Positions 1 through 14,139 of a stretch of DNA of 64,000 nucleotides are shown here, piece by piece. This stretch comes from Nageia nagi (lineage: Eukaryota > Plantae > Pinophyta): contig JBITNC010000001.1 in the NCBI GenBank assembly GCA_050084985.1, positions 189,906,001 to 189,970,000 of the forward strand, read 5' to 3'. How positions within the stretch are numbered: position 1 is the first letter of the stretch; each line of letters begins with the position of its first letter. Both the position numbers and the translations under genes were made by a program. Below the pieces are notes generated by a model. It had not been told where the DNA came from. It searched no databases and saw nothing but the letters and a program-made list of their open reading frames with translations.

Positions 1-323
1 ACATGAATACACAAATGTAAGATAAAGGATATGGTTTCTCTAATAGCTCTAAAATAGCTTCTAATTCTCCCTAACACCTATAAGAATGATCAAAACATAT
101 CATGTGAAGTGTTATGGGTGACTAGGGCTTGGATCTTGGTCAAGGCTTTGGCTATGTGAGAGAGAAGGCTCCATAATGACCAAGAGGGGAGATATATTTT
201 AAAATACAAGAGATAGAAAATGGATTTTAAATTTGATTTTATATATCTGATATCAAATTATTATGTCGGTTGACCTAACTAGTTTGTTGGTTAGCTTGCC
301 AACCGATCATGTCAATTGATATG
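1..323 (-). repeat. 3' LTR (part 1, runs off the window) of the outer Tat/Ogre-like Gypsy element
   Basis: Aligns with ~42010-42316 (e.g. taagaatgatcaaaacatatcatgtgaagtgttatgggtg in both). The alignment resumes at 20279 after the Copia insertion. Confidence 0.85.
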
Positions 324-836
324 TGAAAGCTCCTACACCAAAGATCACCTTGGAGTATTCCTCTACTTATAAGAAATAACTCAAGAATGCTCTTAGTTAA
401 TCATACACACAAGTGACATGATCAAGTATATTGGTTTCTCTCTATCAAGAGAGTACTCCTCTTTAAGCTAAATTCTATTAGTTCTCAAGATACAAGACTC
501 TCTTACAATTCTACACTAGCATTCTCTCCTTCTATCCTTCTTCATACTAAAAGCATTACAATGCTTCAACTAGAGTGAAGAATGCATAAGGAGATGACTC
601 AATTTATATGAAAAAATCCCACTTTGGCCCACCATTTTACCCAAGGGGAATGCCATTATCCAAGAGATAAGAAGAGTCACATGTGGGATAAGTTTGAATA
701 TTTAATTCACTAATTTTAGGAATAATTTTAAGTATCTTATGGATTAAATAATCAATTACATAAAGAGTGAAGATATTATTCTTTATATACCTTACTAAAA
801 ATTAATATTTACAATAGTGCATTACTAGTTCTAACA
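324..836 (-). repeat. Copia 3' LTR
   Basis: TG...CA termini; direct repeat of 19742-20273; followed by ctccccctt (PPT aagggggag on minus). Confidence 0.92.
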
Positions 837-1639
837 CTCCCCCTTAATTCAATATTTGGGTAGAAAGAAGAGAAGATATAAATACATTGAAAGAGAGTTC
901 TCCACCTTAAGAAATACAATTGAATATGAGAACTTGACATCTTGAGAACTAATACAATCTAGACAAGGCTCATCTACATAACCATTTTAAAAACATGGTT
1001 TACAATACATCAATCATAAATGGTTTCAATATAAAAGTAGTAGTAATTCAATAATATATTGATATGATGAGCCTCCATGAGCATGCATACCTGAAGTAAG
1101 TAACCTGCAATCTCTAGAATAAACCTGCAAGTTACAAGTAGCTCATAAATAACATTAGTTAGATGCATTATATATACATTCATAATGACATAAGGTAAAT
1201 GAATAAAATAATGCCATCCATAAAATGATCAAATGGTGCACTATAATTCATCATAAACATTCAAAGAAAACTTATAATCACATTTTGTATAAAATATGTT
1301 TTGATCATCATCAAAGCATATGATATAAAAATATACACATACTAGTTCCTAATACATGGATAACTAAACAATGCTCATAATAATCCATCATATGCATACA
1401 ACGTATAAATAATTTCATCACACATGGAGAACTAAGCATAAAAATTTACACATCAATATGAATCAAAATGAAAAAATAAACTCCTCACACATAGAGGACT
1501 AAGCATAAAAAGTGCACACATAAGATTAACACTATGTAGCCAAAAATCCTATTGTGGGTAAAGGTGATATCATAAAAAATAATTTATCAAGAATTCAAAC
1601 TTGACTTCCCCTTCAGGGAAGCTTACCCAACCCAAGAGA

Positions 1640-4600
1640 CTCCTTAAGCTTGCAAAATTGAGCCTTTGAGAAATTTTTAGTAAATAAATTAGCAAAATTC
1701 AAATTTGATGGAAAATATTGAAGCTGTAGAGTCCCATCTAGAACTTTCTCCTTGATGAAATGTGCTTTTATTTCAACATGATTTATTCTCTAATGATAAA
1801 TAGGGTTTTTGGCTAAAGTAATGGCTAATTGATTATTTGAAGAAATTTGAGTAGGTATAGATTCTTCAAACCCACTTTCCTTCAAAATATTTCTCAATCA
1901 AATAGCATCTTGGGTTGCAACTATTATAGCTTTATTTTTTTATCTCTATGGTGGATAGAGTGACAATAGGTTGCTTCTTTGAAGACCAAGATATAGCACC
2001 TAAACCAATGCTAAACACATAAGCTAAATTGGTTTTCCTATCATCTCTATCACATCCATAGTTATAATTTGAGAATCTTGAAAGAACAAAGAAAGGTAAC
2101 TTGGTATATTTAAGAGCAATATCCTTAAATCTTGCAATAATTTTCAATATCTTCTTAGCCACGAAGAGATTCCCAACATAAGGTTTTTGCATAAACCTAT
2201 CCATCAAATTAATTTCATAATAAATATTTGTACAAGAAATAGTCAGATAAAGAAGAATGCCAATAAGTTGCATATATGTTGTAGCATCTGCCAACTGAAT
2301 GTTAGAGTCAATCTCTAACTTGATTCTAGGAGACATTGGGATATCCAAAGACTTGCATTATTCCATTAAAAATTGTGTATAATATTTTATATGTATTTAG
2401 ATTGACTAAGGTAATTACAATCCTTATATATTGATACACTTGCATACCATGGTAGTAATGTAAGAGACCAAGATCAGTCATCTCATACTCTAACTTAAGA
2501 TTGAATATGCACTCATTGATGATATCCATATTATTCCCTATAATTAAAAGGTCATTAACATAGATAAGGATCAATAACAAGTCTTTACCTTCATTGAGCA
2601 TATAGAGATTTGAATCTATGTAACATTTGGAGAACCTAATAGTCTCAAAGTATCCTGAAATCTACTTATACCAAGCTCTTGGTGCTTGCTTAAGTCCATA
2701 CAAGGACTTCTTTAGCTTGCACACATGTGATTCTTTTCCCAAAATAACAAATTCCTTAGGTTGACTCATGTAGATCTCAACATCCAAGTTACCATTAAGA
2801 AAAGTACTCGTAACATCAACTTGTAATAAGCCTAACTATAGATATCTTTGTAACTAGAGCAAAGGTTTCCTCATAATCAAATCCATATTTTTGAGAAAAC
2901 TCTCTAGCCACCAGCATTGCATTGTGTTTCTTAATCTCACCTTTTGAGTTGAACTTAACTTTGTAAACACATTTATTTTTAATCACAATCCTTATGGTTG
3001 TATATGGAAGCAAGTTACAAGTTCTAGTTTTCATAAGAGCTTCATATTCCATCTTCATAGCATCAATCCAACAAAAATGTTTAAAAGCCTCCTTAAAGTT
3101 GGAAGGTTCATTGTGACATTCAATCTTGGTAACAAGAGACTTATACAAATTCATACATCTAGGTATCCTTTGTGTTGGATAATTTTTCTCTTTTGATGAC
3201 TTATCTAAATTATGATCCAACCATTTAGGAAAGTTTGAAAGGTATTTAAGGACTTCACTTAAAGAAGAATCACTAAGATCTTCATTGAACTTCACATCCC
3301 TTGAAATAAATATTGCTTTTGCTAAAGGAGAGTAAATCCTATACCCTTTATGTTGACTATCATATCCCACAAATATGCATTTCTTATATTTATCATCTAA
3401 CTTCTTCCTCTTTTATGAAATTATGAAGGAAAAGGCTTCACAACTAAAAGTCCTTAGATTAGAGATGTTGGGTTTCTTTCAAGGTTATTTCTAAGGATTG
3501 ATCCTAAAAAAAACTTGGAGAAAGTAATACAAATCAATTTCAAAATTTGGGTGAAAATATAGCCTTTAAAATAAAATGTATATGTGGATACATACCATAT
3601 ACATACTATATGTTGATGTTTTGGTGATTAGATACATAAAATTAATATTTTCTTGTAATTTTAGGGTGAATGACCACCCTTTGAATGATCCAAATATAAG
3701 TCAATTTAAAAATCTTAAAATCCTAATTTTTGCTTGTAAGCAATGATTAGCCACTAAGAAAAACACTAGTTTCTTTCCTGTCCATGCCTCAAGGATTTTT
3801 TCCTTCAAATTATTTTGTGGGACACCTATTAAAGGTATAGATAGCTATGCTCATTGCTTCAACCCAAATAAACATAGGAAGATTCTCCAACATGCATCTA
3901 GCCATATCCATTATGGTGTTATGCTTCCTTTATGCAACACCATTTTTTTGTGGGGTATAAGGTATTGTGAATTGTATTTTGATTCTATGCCTTGAATAAA
4001 AATCATTATAATTCATTGCTAATGTAATCATCCCCATTATCTAATCTTAGCATCTTGATTCTTAGGTTAGTTTCATTTTCAACAAAGGCCTTGAACTCTT
4101 TGAACATATCAAAGGTTTAATATTTGTGCTCAAGTAGATAACCAAAGGTCATTCTACTAAATTCATCTATGAAGGTAAGAACATAGGATGCTCCTTCAAG
4201 AGGCTTAACTTGAAATGGATCCATCAAATCTAAATTAATTAGTTGAATTTGAGTTTCCCTTGTTTCCTTATCCTTCTCAAACTTTTTCCTTTTCATCTTC
4301 CCTAATATGCAACTCTCACAAAGGTAAATGGTAGGTGAGATTTAATACAATCCTTATAGAAGATTATAACTTTTTATGAGTTGAATGCTTTTGTGATTTA
4401 TATGGCCTGACATTTGATGTCAAATTTTTTCCCTAAAGAAAACATTTGTAGCTTGGTACATTTTTGTAGGCTCTTGATCAACTATGTAGAGATTATTTTT
4501 GAGATAACCTTTTATCAAAGTGGCCAAACCCTTATTTATACTCTAAGAGTTAGGCATAAACTCAAAGGAGTATCCTTTTCTTTCCACTTGAATGACTGAT

Positions 4601-5720
4601 ATTACATTCATTCTTAACTAAGGCAAATAAATTACATTCTCAATCACATTACCATGTATCAAGGTTCTCCCAATTTCATGCACTTCAATCACAAAGTTGT
4701 TACCAATCACAATCCCATCCTTTGTATTTGTGAAAATTTTGAAACTTATATTTTTCAAAACACATATGGTTAGTGCACCTTGTATCTACTATCCAATCAT
4801 TTGAAAAAGAGTGATACATGGAGTACTAAAGGTCACAAACATAAGAATATTTATTATTTTTCTTTTCTTTGTTTGATTTCACTTTTTATTTTCTATTTTC
4901 CTCTTTCTTTTTCTTGAAGCAATAAGACTCTTTATGGCCATAAATACCAGTTACAATTCCCATCAAAATTGTCCTTTCCATTGCAATTATTTGATTTTCT
5001 ATTTCCTTCATAATGTTTGTTTCCACATTTCCTACCATTTCTATAAACATGAGAGGACCTCTTATGATGCTTATTTTTGAAGTGTGGATGGTTTCTCCTA
5101 ATGAAATGTTATGATCCTTTAGACTAGACCCTAAAACTTTCTTGTTGATGATTTCTTCATGCTTTAAGAGGAGCCTATATATACTTTTCAAAGATAAGGT
5201 TTCCTCTTCATCATCTAGCCTAGTATCAATAATAATCACAAAGTGAATAAATTTGGATGAGAGGATTTGAAGGATGATGAATACCATGAATTCATCATTA
5301 ATCTAATTACAACCATAACCAAAAAGTTTGGTTCTAATATCAATGATATTGTTCAAAACTATTTCTATACTCTCATCCTTCCCTTGATAAGTTTGTAAAA
5401 GTTGTTTGAGGATGGTTAACCTTATAGAAAATTTTCATGCAAGGTAAATTTTCTTAATTCAATCCCAAGTCTCTTTTATAAATTTATATTTGAGATCATA
5501 CAAGAGACTTCATTTGATACTGCATAGAAAATGATTGACGTTACGAATTCATTTTTGTAGTTATAAGCCATTAGGGCTTTTCCTTCTTTCAAAGCCACTT
5601 GATCTTCACTAATAGTTTACTAAAGTTTGTGAGCCTAAAGCTTTTCTTTCATTCTTGGTTCCAAAATTCCAAAGTTGGAACCATCATGGATGTGTTTTGA
5701 CACAAACAAGTCATCCATTT
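1640..5720 (-). pseudogene. Copia gag-pol pseudogene (gag ~4700-5720, integrase ~3300-4400, RT ~2350-3100, RNase H ~1650-2080)
   Basis: ORF fragments MGYDSQHKGYRIY (INT C-terminus), LVAREFSQKYGFDYEETFA and IYVNDLLI..MTDLGLLHYYHGM (Copia RT), GAISWSSKKQPIVTLST (RNase H). Many stops and frameshifts. Confidence 0.93.
3480..3768. mobile_element. ~289-bp MITE-like insertion (hAT-type) in Copia integrase
   Basis: Interrupts the EAWTGKKPNISNLR integrase motif. Flanked by duplicated gtttcttt(c) at 3472-3480 and 3769-3777. Degenerate TIRs: caaggttatttc vs reverse complement tagtgtttttc. Confidence 0.7.
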
Positions 5721-6089
5721 TCTACAAAAGAAGATTAAGATCAAAAATTTTAATAAGGCATCAATATAAAACTTTGTAAAAAATTACAAGTTAACGAAGT
5801 AACCAATCAACCAAAGTAACATGTTAATTAAAATAACTTCTCAAAAGCACACTTTGTAAAAAATTGTAAGTTGACGAAGTTGTTAACTAAATCAAGTAAC
5901 TAATAAAATTATCCAATCAACATTATAGTATAAAACAAAGTAACTAAGAATGTTAAATCAAATCAACTTGTAAAAAATTAACCAAATTGTTCATCATTAT
6001 TATAATTATAAAATTTGTAAACTTTATGCAGTTAAAGTAAGTTGCAAATTGTAAGTTTTACTTTTAGTAGCATTGCAATTTATAGTTTG

Positions 6090-6770
6090 TGTAGACCCTA
6101 AATAATGTGATGGTGTAATTAATTAGAGGAATTAACACATGTACTATTTTTTCTATTAGTTAATTGACATAAAGCAAGAATATGAAAACAAATGATTAAG
6201 CATACAATTTTGTTTCATTAATATGCATATTGAATTGATCAAGGAAAGGTATACATCAAAAATAAGCAATATCATATACACTAGTATGAAATCAGCACCC
6301 TAGTAATAGTATGCCATCGATGTCATGTTAATGATCAAATTAAAGATGTGAAGAAAGATGAAATAATAAGTGAATGAATGATTTATCAATATAATGAAAG
6401 TATGATAATTCTTTAGATAAGAGATTCACTTCTTATAGATAATAAGACCTTGCAAAAGTTTGCTTTGCAAATGATGTTTGAGTCCTTGATTATCTATCTA
6501 ATCTTTAGTTGATAGAAGCCTTGGGTCGTCTATAATCTACCCCTTGTCTAGTCTCCTCCTGATGATAATCCCATCCCCCATCTTTGTATGTCTTTAATTC
6601 CTTTATATAGTGATGCTTCTATTATAGGATTTGACCCCTTGTATAATCCATAAGGGTTAAATATATGGCCTACACCTCTTTTACATTTTAAATCCCTTTT
6701 TAAATTATAAATTGTTAAGGGATTAAAATGATTTATTAAATACATAAAGGTTCATTTTTAGATGTCTACA
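6090..6770 (-). repeat. 3' LTR of the PMD element
   Basis: Direct repeat of 14140-14820, TG...CA termini. Confidence 0.92.
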
Positions 6771-7346
6771 TTTTTTCCTCTTTGGATGTGTGATTGAAGA
6801 AATGAAATTACATGTCCAAAGAAGAAGTGTATCCAAGATATAGAAGAAATTTTTTTGATCTTTTTATTGATGTTGTCTTTTACTAAAGATGAATGGTTGA
6901 TGTTGAGGGACCTTACATTGCCCACCTTTTGACTTGGATGCCCCAGGAAAGATCCTTGAGTGGAGTAGCAAAGGCAAAAGTTGTTGAAGAAGCTATCTTC
7001 AAGAATATTGTTTGGATGATTATAAAAATCCATATCCAAGGCTAGAGATGGAAGATATGATTTGCCTCCCTTATACTATTTCAATAATGAATCTAACCAT
7101 TTCATTATGTTTGATAATTAGGAACCATTCACACTTATTTCCATGCCTTGAAATATAGAGGTTATGCTTTGGATTGGTGGAAATGATAATGAAATATATG
7201 CCACCAATAGCCCAATAGACTGTGAGCATGGCGTTGGTGCCTTGGTTTTGACTATAATTTTCTTTTGTTTTGATGGATTTATGTACTAGAAATGAAATGT
7301 TAGTCATAAAGAAATTATGGATGCATTAAATTAAGTTATTTCATTC

Positions 7347-7858
7347 ATTAGAGATGATCCAATGTTAACATCTTGCTCACAGTTACATCGTCAATTTATT
7401 TTTTGAGTGAACTCTCACTAGTTGTATCGATGGCCATTGATGATCATACATTTGTAAGTCTATGATCCAAAGATAGTATGATTTTGATGGCATAAAATCA
7501 AAAACCATGTGGATACATAGTAAAATGAATCATCCATTAGATATGATCCAATTTTAACAAATTGCTCATGGTTGCATCGTCAGTTTACTTTTAAGTGAGT
7601 GAACTCTCACTAGTTGTATCATTAGTCATCAATGATCATGCATTTTTATGTCCATGATCTGAATATAGTATGATTTAGATGGGTTAAAATAAAAAACCAT
7701 TTGGATACATAAAAAAATATATCATCTATTGGAGATAATCCAATGTCAATAAATTGCTCATGGCTGCATCACCAATTTACTTTTAAGTGAGTGAATTCTC
7801 ACTAGCTATATCGATGGCCATCGATGATCATGTGTTTTGATGTCCATGATATGAATAT
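7347..7858. repeat. ~190-bp tandem repeat, ~2.7 copies, in the 3' UTR of the PMD element
   Basis: Recurrent gagtgaactctcactagttgtatc and gatgatccaat motifs at ~190-bp spacing. Confidence 0.85.
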
Positions 7859-9014
7859 ATTATCCATATGAATCAAGTATAAAATAAATATAATATATTA
7901 TAATATGATGAATTTAAATGATTAAATTTATCAATATTCAAACCTATAAAGGTTTGGGAGCTTGAGTTTAATTCTACACAAAGGATGTACATCGCTAACA
8001 TTGTAGAATTCCTTGAATTTGGCTAAAATAAAATTATCTTGACTAATATTAGACAAATTTTGTTGATTCACCATACTTATAGTTGAATATGATATTTCCC
8101 CTAGCTTATGCTAAAAAACAATGTAAGGAAATCCATCTTATCACATACGTGAACATACATCACATCATCATCTCGTGACTGAAGCATAATTTTAGTACTA
8201 ATACTCATGCTAGAAAGGTGCAATTAAAGATAAATATAGGAGGGTTTTTAATTATTTGAGTAACTAATATATTGGTATGCCAATTAAGTAGTGCCTTCAT
8301 ATGTCACCAAATCTTGCAAATATCATGGGCCTATAGCTGCCTAGGAACAACCTTCTTGAAGATACAATTTTACCTACAAAATTACTAAAATAAAGTATAC
8401 ATAATCTGATTTTAAGTATCCATTATCATATGAAAAACTAAAAATTTATGAAAATGAACTAGGTGCATTGGAAATTCATCTAAACAACAAATTAGCATAC
8501 TGTTGGTGCCCTAAACCTAATATAAAGTTTAATGAAAAATAAAAATAAAGTAACCTTTCCCTAAGACATGTGAGCATCATTCAAATAAATTTTAATCATA
8601 AATTAGATCAAAATTTCATCAATATAAAACACAACTCAAAGATATGGACATCATTTATGCCATGAAAATGGTAATTTTTAGTATTCAAAAAAGGATGGGA
8701 GGGATTTGAAATTTTTACAAGGCCAATAAGCCCTCCACATAAGGATTCAGGAATTATATGTCAAAAAAATAGTGATGCCCTAATTTAAAGCCTCAAATTC
8801 AACTTATAAAATCAAAATTTTTATAACAAATAGGTCATTTTGACCTTAATGCCCTTGCCATTTGGAGCTCTAACAAGTAGGCATTGACTTCCTTGTTGAA
8901 CCAGTTGAGTTTGCCACCTACTAGCAATATTGCACTGTTGGAACATATGTTCCATCCATATTTTTAGTGTATTGAGTAGGAAGACATCCATAGAGGATCT
9001 AATACTATGTAGTG

Positions 9015-11008
9015 ATGGCTATCATTGATTGGAGGAGTATCCAATAGCCAATTATGGGGAGGATAGGTCATTTAGTGGAGTATCTTCATAGTCTACCAAT
9101 TGAGCATGTGGTAAGTAGATTCAAACTTGAAACATTATATTTTTATTATCCATGAGTGGAGATTCTAGACTAATAAACCTATGCATTACCTTATAGGATC
9201 ATAATGGGTTGATCTAGGGTGATCCTATTAGGATTACAACTTTATATTTGGCTCAAGCCTTCCCATGAACTCAATAATCGAATGATATTTTAGACCAATA
9301 TGGATTATGGGAACTTGCATACATGAGGACAATATAGGTGGATACTCCTCTTCTCACTACATTAGTTGAGAGATGAGATCAATATTGCTACTCATTTCAC
9401 CTTCCCACTGGTGAAATGATAGTAACTCTAGAGGATGTGTATAAAATCTAGGGTAAACCCATCAAGGGGTGGCTTGGTATATCAACATGATATGGGGAAT
9501 GATAACACTTGTGGGGCTAATTATTTATGGTTGAATAGATCATATGACCATGATTGGGATCACTAATTGATGCAACTCACAAAGAGCTATAGGTATGTTG
9601 GAGTAGGGAGATACCAAATGTTGCATGTGGTAGCTATTATTACCAACTATCTATGTCTTGATAAAATCCATTCAGCTTTTCCTCTCAATATGACATGGAT
9701 AGTACAAGATATATGCACTCGAGTGAGATAGTTCTCATGGGAGCCAATAGTACTAGCATAAATTTATAATTATTTATATTCATTCATCAATATTGATAAG
9801 GTCAATGTGATAATTGCTCATGCTAGTCTCCTACAAGTTTGGGCCTATGAGCACATCTCAATTATCAGGCTAATTGCACTATAGAGGATGAGAGATGACC
9901 CAATAGATGTGGCCCTATCATGTTGGATTGGCCCATTGGGTGGATATAGGCCTCCTCGATCCATGGAAGCAAGGAGGAGGGAAATTGATGAACTATAGGA
10001 GGAAAACATCATATAGGTGTGTTATATTGATTATGTGTAGCATGAGGATGCTCATCATTTGGCATGGGTGAGGCAAACCCACTTCTTCCAAACCAAGTGG
10101 AAGATAGTAGAGCCATATCATCCAAAGTGGGTGTTGAGATAGTTTGGGATATAGCATTCAATCCCAACAATGTCCCTAATGTGCTAATGATACATAATGG
10201 AGAGATACATTCCTATTAATGCTCAGGATATATCAATGTGGATGGTAGGGTGGCTAGAGCCATCGATAGAAGATGTTATGGAGGTAGCCATGGCTCTTGG
10301 GATTTCCCTCAATTATGCAACATGGTGGAAAACTATGCATCCAAGCTCTTTAGACTTGGGTGAGTCAAATAGTGGGAGTGTTTATGCAATAAACCCACCA
10401 TTAGAGGAGGAGGATCAAATGAATGTAGATAATCCTATCCATGATGGGTCTCCATTAGTAGGGGGACTAGAGGTGCTAGCAGTAGTTTCCCATACTCTAG
10501 TTAAAAAATATTTTGTTGATAGTGCTTCATGATTTTCAAATTTTAAATGTAGCTAATGAGAGACTAACTATCATTATGTATGATATGATAGGGGTGTCAG
10601 ATGCATAGGTAATGGCCATAGAGGTTGAGCTAACTATACTAAGGTCGATGGAGGCTGAGTTGACATATCTTTGACCATTAGAGGTAGAGTTGGCTATAGT
10701 AAGGGCTACACTTATAATGCAAGATGTAGAGGTGGCTTCACTATCTCAAATAGTGAAGGGTATTCATAAGAAGGTCACCATGCCCCCACCAGATTAGCAA
10801 TGGGCATTCATGCAAAGTTAGCATGATCAAATTGTAGCTCAGGCTCTAGAGATATCCAAACTACAGGCCATGATACTTTTGGATACTCATGGACTCATAA
10901 TGAGTGATATCTTAGGTGGAGTCTCCATATCTGGATCTAGTGGTAGTGGTAGGAGAATATGCTCTAGGAGTGATACATCTAGTAGTGGTGCTAGTACCCA
11001 CCCATAGT
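9015..11008 (+). pseudogene. Plant Mobile Domain (aminotransferase-like, MAIN/MAIL family) gene, antisense to gag, with intron 9111-9196
   Basis: Manual translation gives LLTTLVER*DQYCYSFHLPTGEMIVTLEDVYKI, FSWEPIVLA*IY, LLQVWAYEHI and VEPYHPKWVLR*FG, all PMD hallmark motifs. The GTAAGT...CTAAT...TATAG intron is phase 0 and joins ATG 9015 in frame. The 3' end is approximate. Confidence 0.85.
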
Positions 11009-11069
11009 GGTGGATTTTGTAGGACTAAGGCCCATGTATACTTATTTTATACCAAATTTTAACTTTGAG

Positions 11070-11072
<3 letters not shown>

Positions 11073-11106
<34 letters not shown>
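11073..11106. repeat. (TA)n microsatellite
   Basis: Perfect TA run. Confidence 0.95.
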
Positions 11107-11108
<2 letters not shown>

Positions 11109-11799
11109 ACCCATTTGGTAAACTCAATACTCTATATTTTTTTATCTTTGTGTTATATTTAAATGGTTGACATTGGACATATACATAGGGATAATGAACT
11201 CTAAAAATTGACTCATTAATAGTAAAACATGCTAAACATGCACATATTATGCTATGTAAAACTGATAACGATCATAAGAAAACACACAAACTAAAATAAC
11301 ACACAACTTGAAGGAACCAAGATACCTTAGAGAAACTAGTAAAGGTCAGGAGGGTGTATGTGAGCATAGATATTATGGCACAACACCCTAGATCAACCTA
11401 GAGGCTAATGCACATTGTTTATAATGATAAAAAGTGGATTTTAAATATTCTATCCTAGGAAAACCACAATGTTAGGACCTTGATATAGATATAGCAAGGT
11501 GTTGGCACCATGCATAAAGAGGAGTTGGATCCCTAGATTATGGACACAGGAAGAAAAGATGGATTTAAAGAAGAAAAATCATTGGATTGGTGAACACATA
11601 GAATAGGAAAGCAAAAAGACATAAAAACACCCTAGCTACTAATATACACTTATTGTAATGTCAAAAAGAGCTCAAGGAATAACTTTATGTACCTAGAGAG
11701 TTTTTACCACCCAAATACACTTTAAAAAGATAGGTACAAAAATAGCCATTTCTGTACCAATCATCTCCATGTTGTTGGTGCTTTTAAAACAAGAATGCA

Positions 11800-13200
11800 T
11801 GTTGTTAGTGCCACACCTTTTGATTCTATTCCTATTCTTATTTTGAGGAGGATGCTTATATGCATGAGTGTTAGTAAAAAATAATATAAATTACAAGAAA
11901 TACTTACTGTAGCAATGCACCCTCAAGATTATGAAGATGGCAATGAATTATTGAAATCCCCTAGTTGTGCATTATCTGGATGTGCAAGTCCTATCTATGT
12001 AGCTGGTTTTTGATCCATCCTAATTACTCCATTATTAATGAAATCTTGTATAAGGTTATGAAGTGTCCTATAATCATGGGTTAGATGACCAAGTACCTTA
12101 TGATAATCGTAAAATTTCTCATAGTGAAAATTTTTAAGCACATCATTAGTAAACTTAGGTTCAACAATAGAAGGTAATTTGATCAATTCCTCATATAATA
12201 TTACATTTAGAATATTATCAACAATATCATTCAAAGTAGTATATTGGAAAGTATTCTTGGGTGGAGAAATACCTAATTTTTTGAGAGCAACATGATTTGC
12301 TTCAACCTTGGTTTGATTTTTAGTAATAAGTTTTGCAAGTGAAGTATGCTTAACATGTTTCATAGCAATCAACATTTTAATGCATGGTTCCTTTTTAGTA
12401 ACAATTTCAATCATATCTCTTAAATACATATCATGATTAGAGATGACAAATAACTTATATATAGGCAAGATACCATCCACAAAAATATGCTTGAGTTTAT
12501 ATTCATCCAAAGTGATTTTATTAGTAGTTTGTTTCCATATCTTTACAAAATCCTTCATTGATTGGTTAAGGAGCTATTTAATTTTACACAAGTCCTTAAA
12601 ATAAACCTTATTAGTAATGTTATAACCATAATCATGCAAAAATATATGAATCAATTTTTTGTACCTATCAATGCTACTTTTAGGAAAATAGAAGTACCAT
12701 TTTAGAGCCTCATCCTTCAAACTGTAAGAAAAAAACTTAGCCAATAAATCTTGATCATGCATATATTCAATAGCTTCTTTATGAAATTTATGAACATGCA
12801 TCCTATGATCCTGCATACCATCAAACTTAGTAAATTTGGCACTCTTTTTCCCAAGCATTATTTTGGTAAGAATTCTAGTAGTGAGGGGTCTTTTTAAACA
12901 TGAAAGGAAATCATCCTCATTACTTACCATGTTGTTAAACCCTACATTGGTCTTTGGGGATGGTGGTGGGGAAGGAGGAGGTTATTGTGCATTATTTGAT
13001 ATTTGAAGTGTAATATTTTTCAAAATATCAAACTCAATAGTATGATTAACCCTATCCTTCTCAAGTTCATGCAATACCCTTACCAAGATTTCCAATTGTT
13101 CATCTAGAGGTTGTTTATACCAATCAGTGTTTTCTTGGATATCCATAATTATACCTACCTTAATCTCATGCTCCTTAGGAGTCTAAGTTGATTGTAGCTT
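11800..13200 (-). pseudogene. Retrotransposon gag (Tat/Ogre-like) of the PMD element
   Basis: FTKFDGMQDHRMHV..AKFFSYSLKDEALKWY (Retrotrans_gag) and FYDYHKVLGHLTHDYRTLHNLIQDFI (degenerate gag zinc-knuckle region). Confidence 0.85.
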
Positions 13201-14139
13201 AAAGGATTTTCTAATAACTTTAGTAAGTTGCTACTTAATGAGAGTTTTAATTTCATCATCAAGTAAAAGAACTTAACCCTTACCTTTCATCTCTCAATCG
13301 AAGTAATGTGGATTAAGGTTCAAATTACTATAAGAATCTTCATCCTCATCTTCAAGTTCTAACTAGTCATCACTTTTAGAAATATCATCCTCATGTAGTG
13401 GTTGTTCCAACTCAGCATCAAGCTCTAGTTCAAACTCTACTTTGTTAGGATATATGTCACCCATGTCATGGTGATAGTCAATCATGCCACCTGCACCATG
13501 CATTTCATGCATAGGCTAGATATGTTTCAATTATTTCTCATAATGGAATAAGTAATCTTTATATTCTACAATTTCCAACTAGTTATCAAGCAAATTTGCA
13601 TCTATAAGAAGTTCCATAATAATAGAAGCACTATTATGAACAAAAATTATATCCTTTCTTTATGAGATAAAACCTATTGAATGGACTAAGCATTATAACG
13701 AGTCCTATCAAGATCATGGAGTTCATCATCATTAGAAGGTTTTGGATGAGGAGATAAATTATCCAAGTTGCTAGGATCAAAAATAGCATAGCGATTAGAA
13801 GTCTCTCCAATAATTAACATTCATTTAACAAAATCTAAAGATTCAAAATCCCATATGGTCCTAGGAGGAGGGATTTGAATAGATAATTCAAGATTAATTT
13901 GAAGACTTCTCCTTACCTTCAAAATTTGTACTTTGGATTTGGATACTATAGGGTTATCTAGATTAAGATCCATCTTTGGGATATAAGAAGAACAAGCCCT
14001 AATTTTATCTTCCTCTTTGGATACTATTTGGAGCTCTTCCTCTATGGAGAGGAAAGAATCAAAAATGAATTCATGACTTTACAAAAGGATTTTACCCTAT
14101 ACGAAGACCTAGGTGTGTAAGAATGTCAGGTTCACCAAA

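Noticed and set aside
3480-3768. Same 289-bp length as the MITE at 38133-38421
   Set aside because: Sequences and TIRs differ; treated as coincidence.
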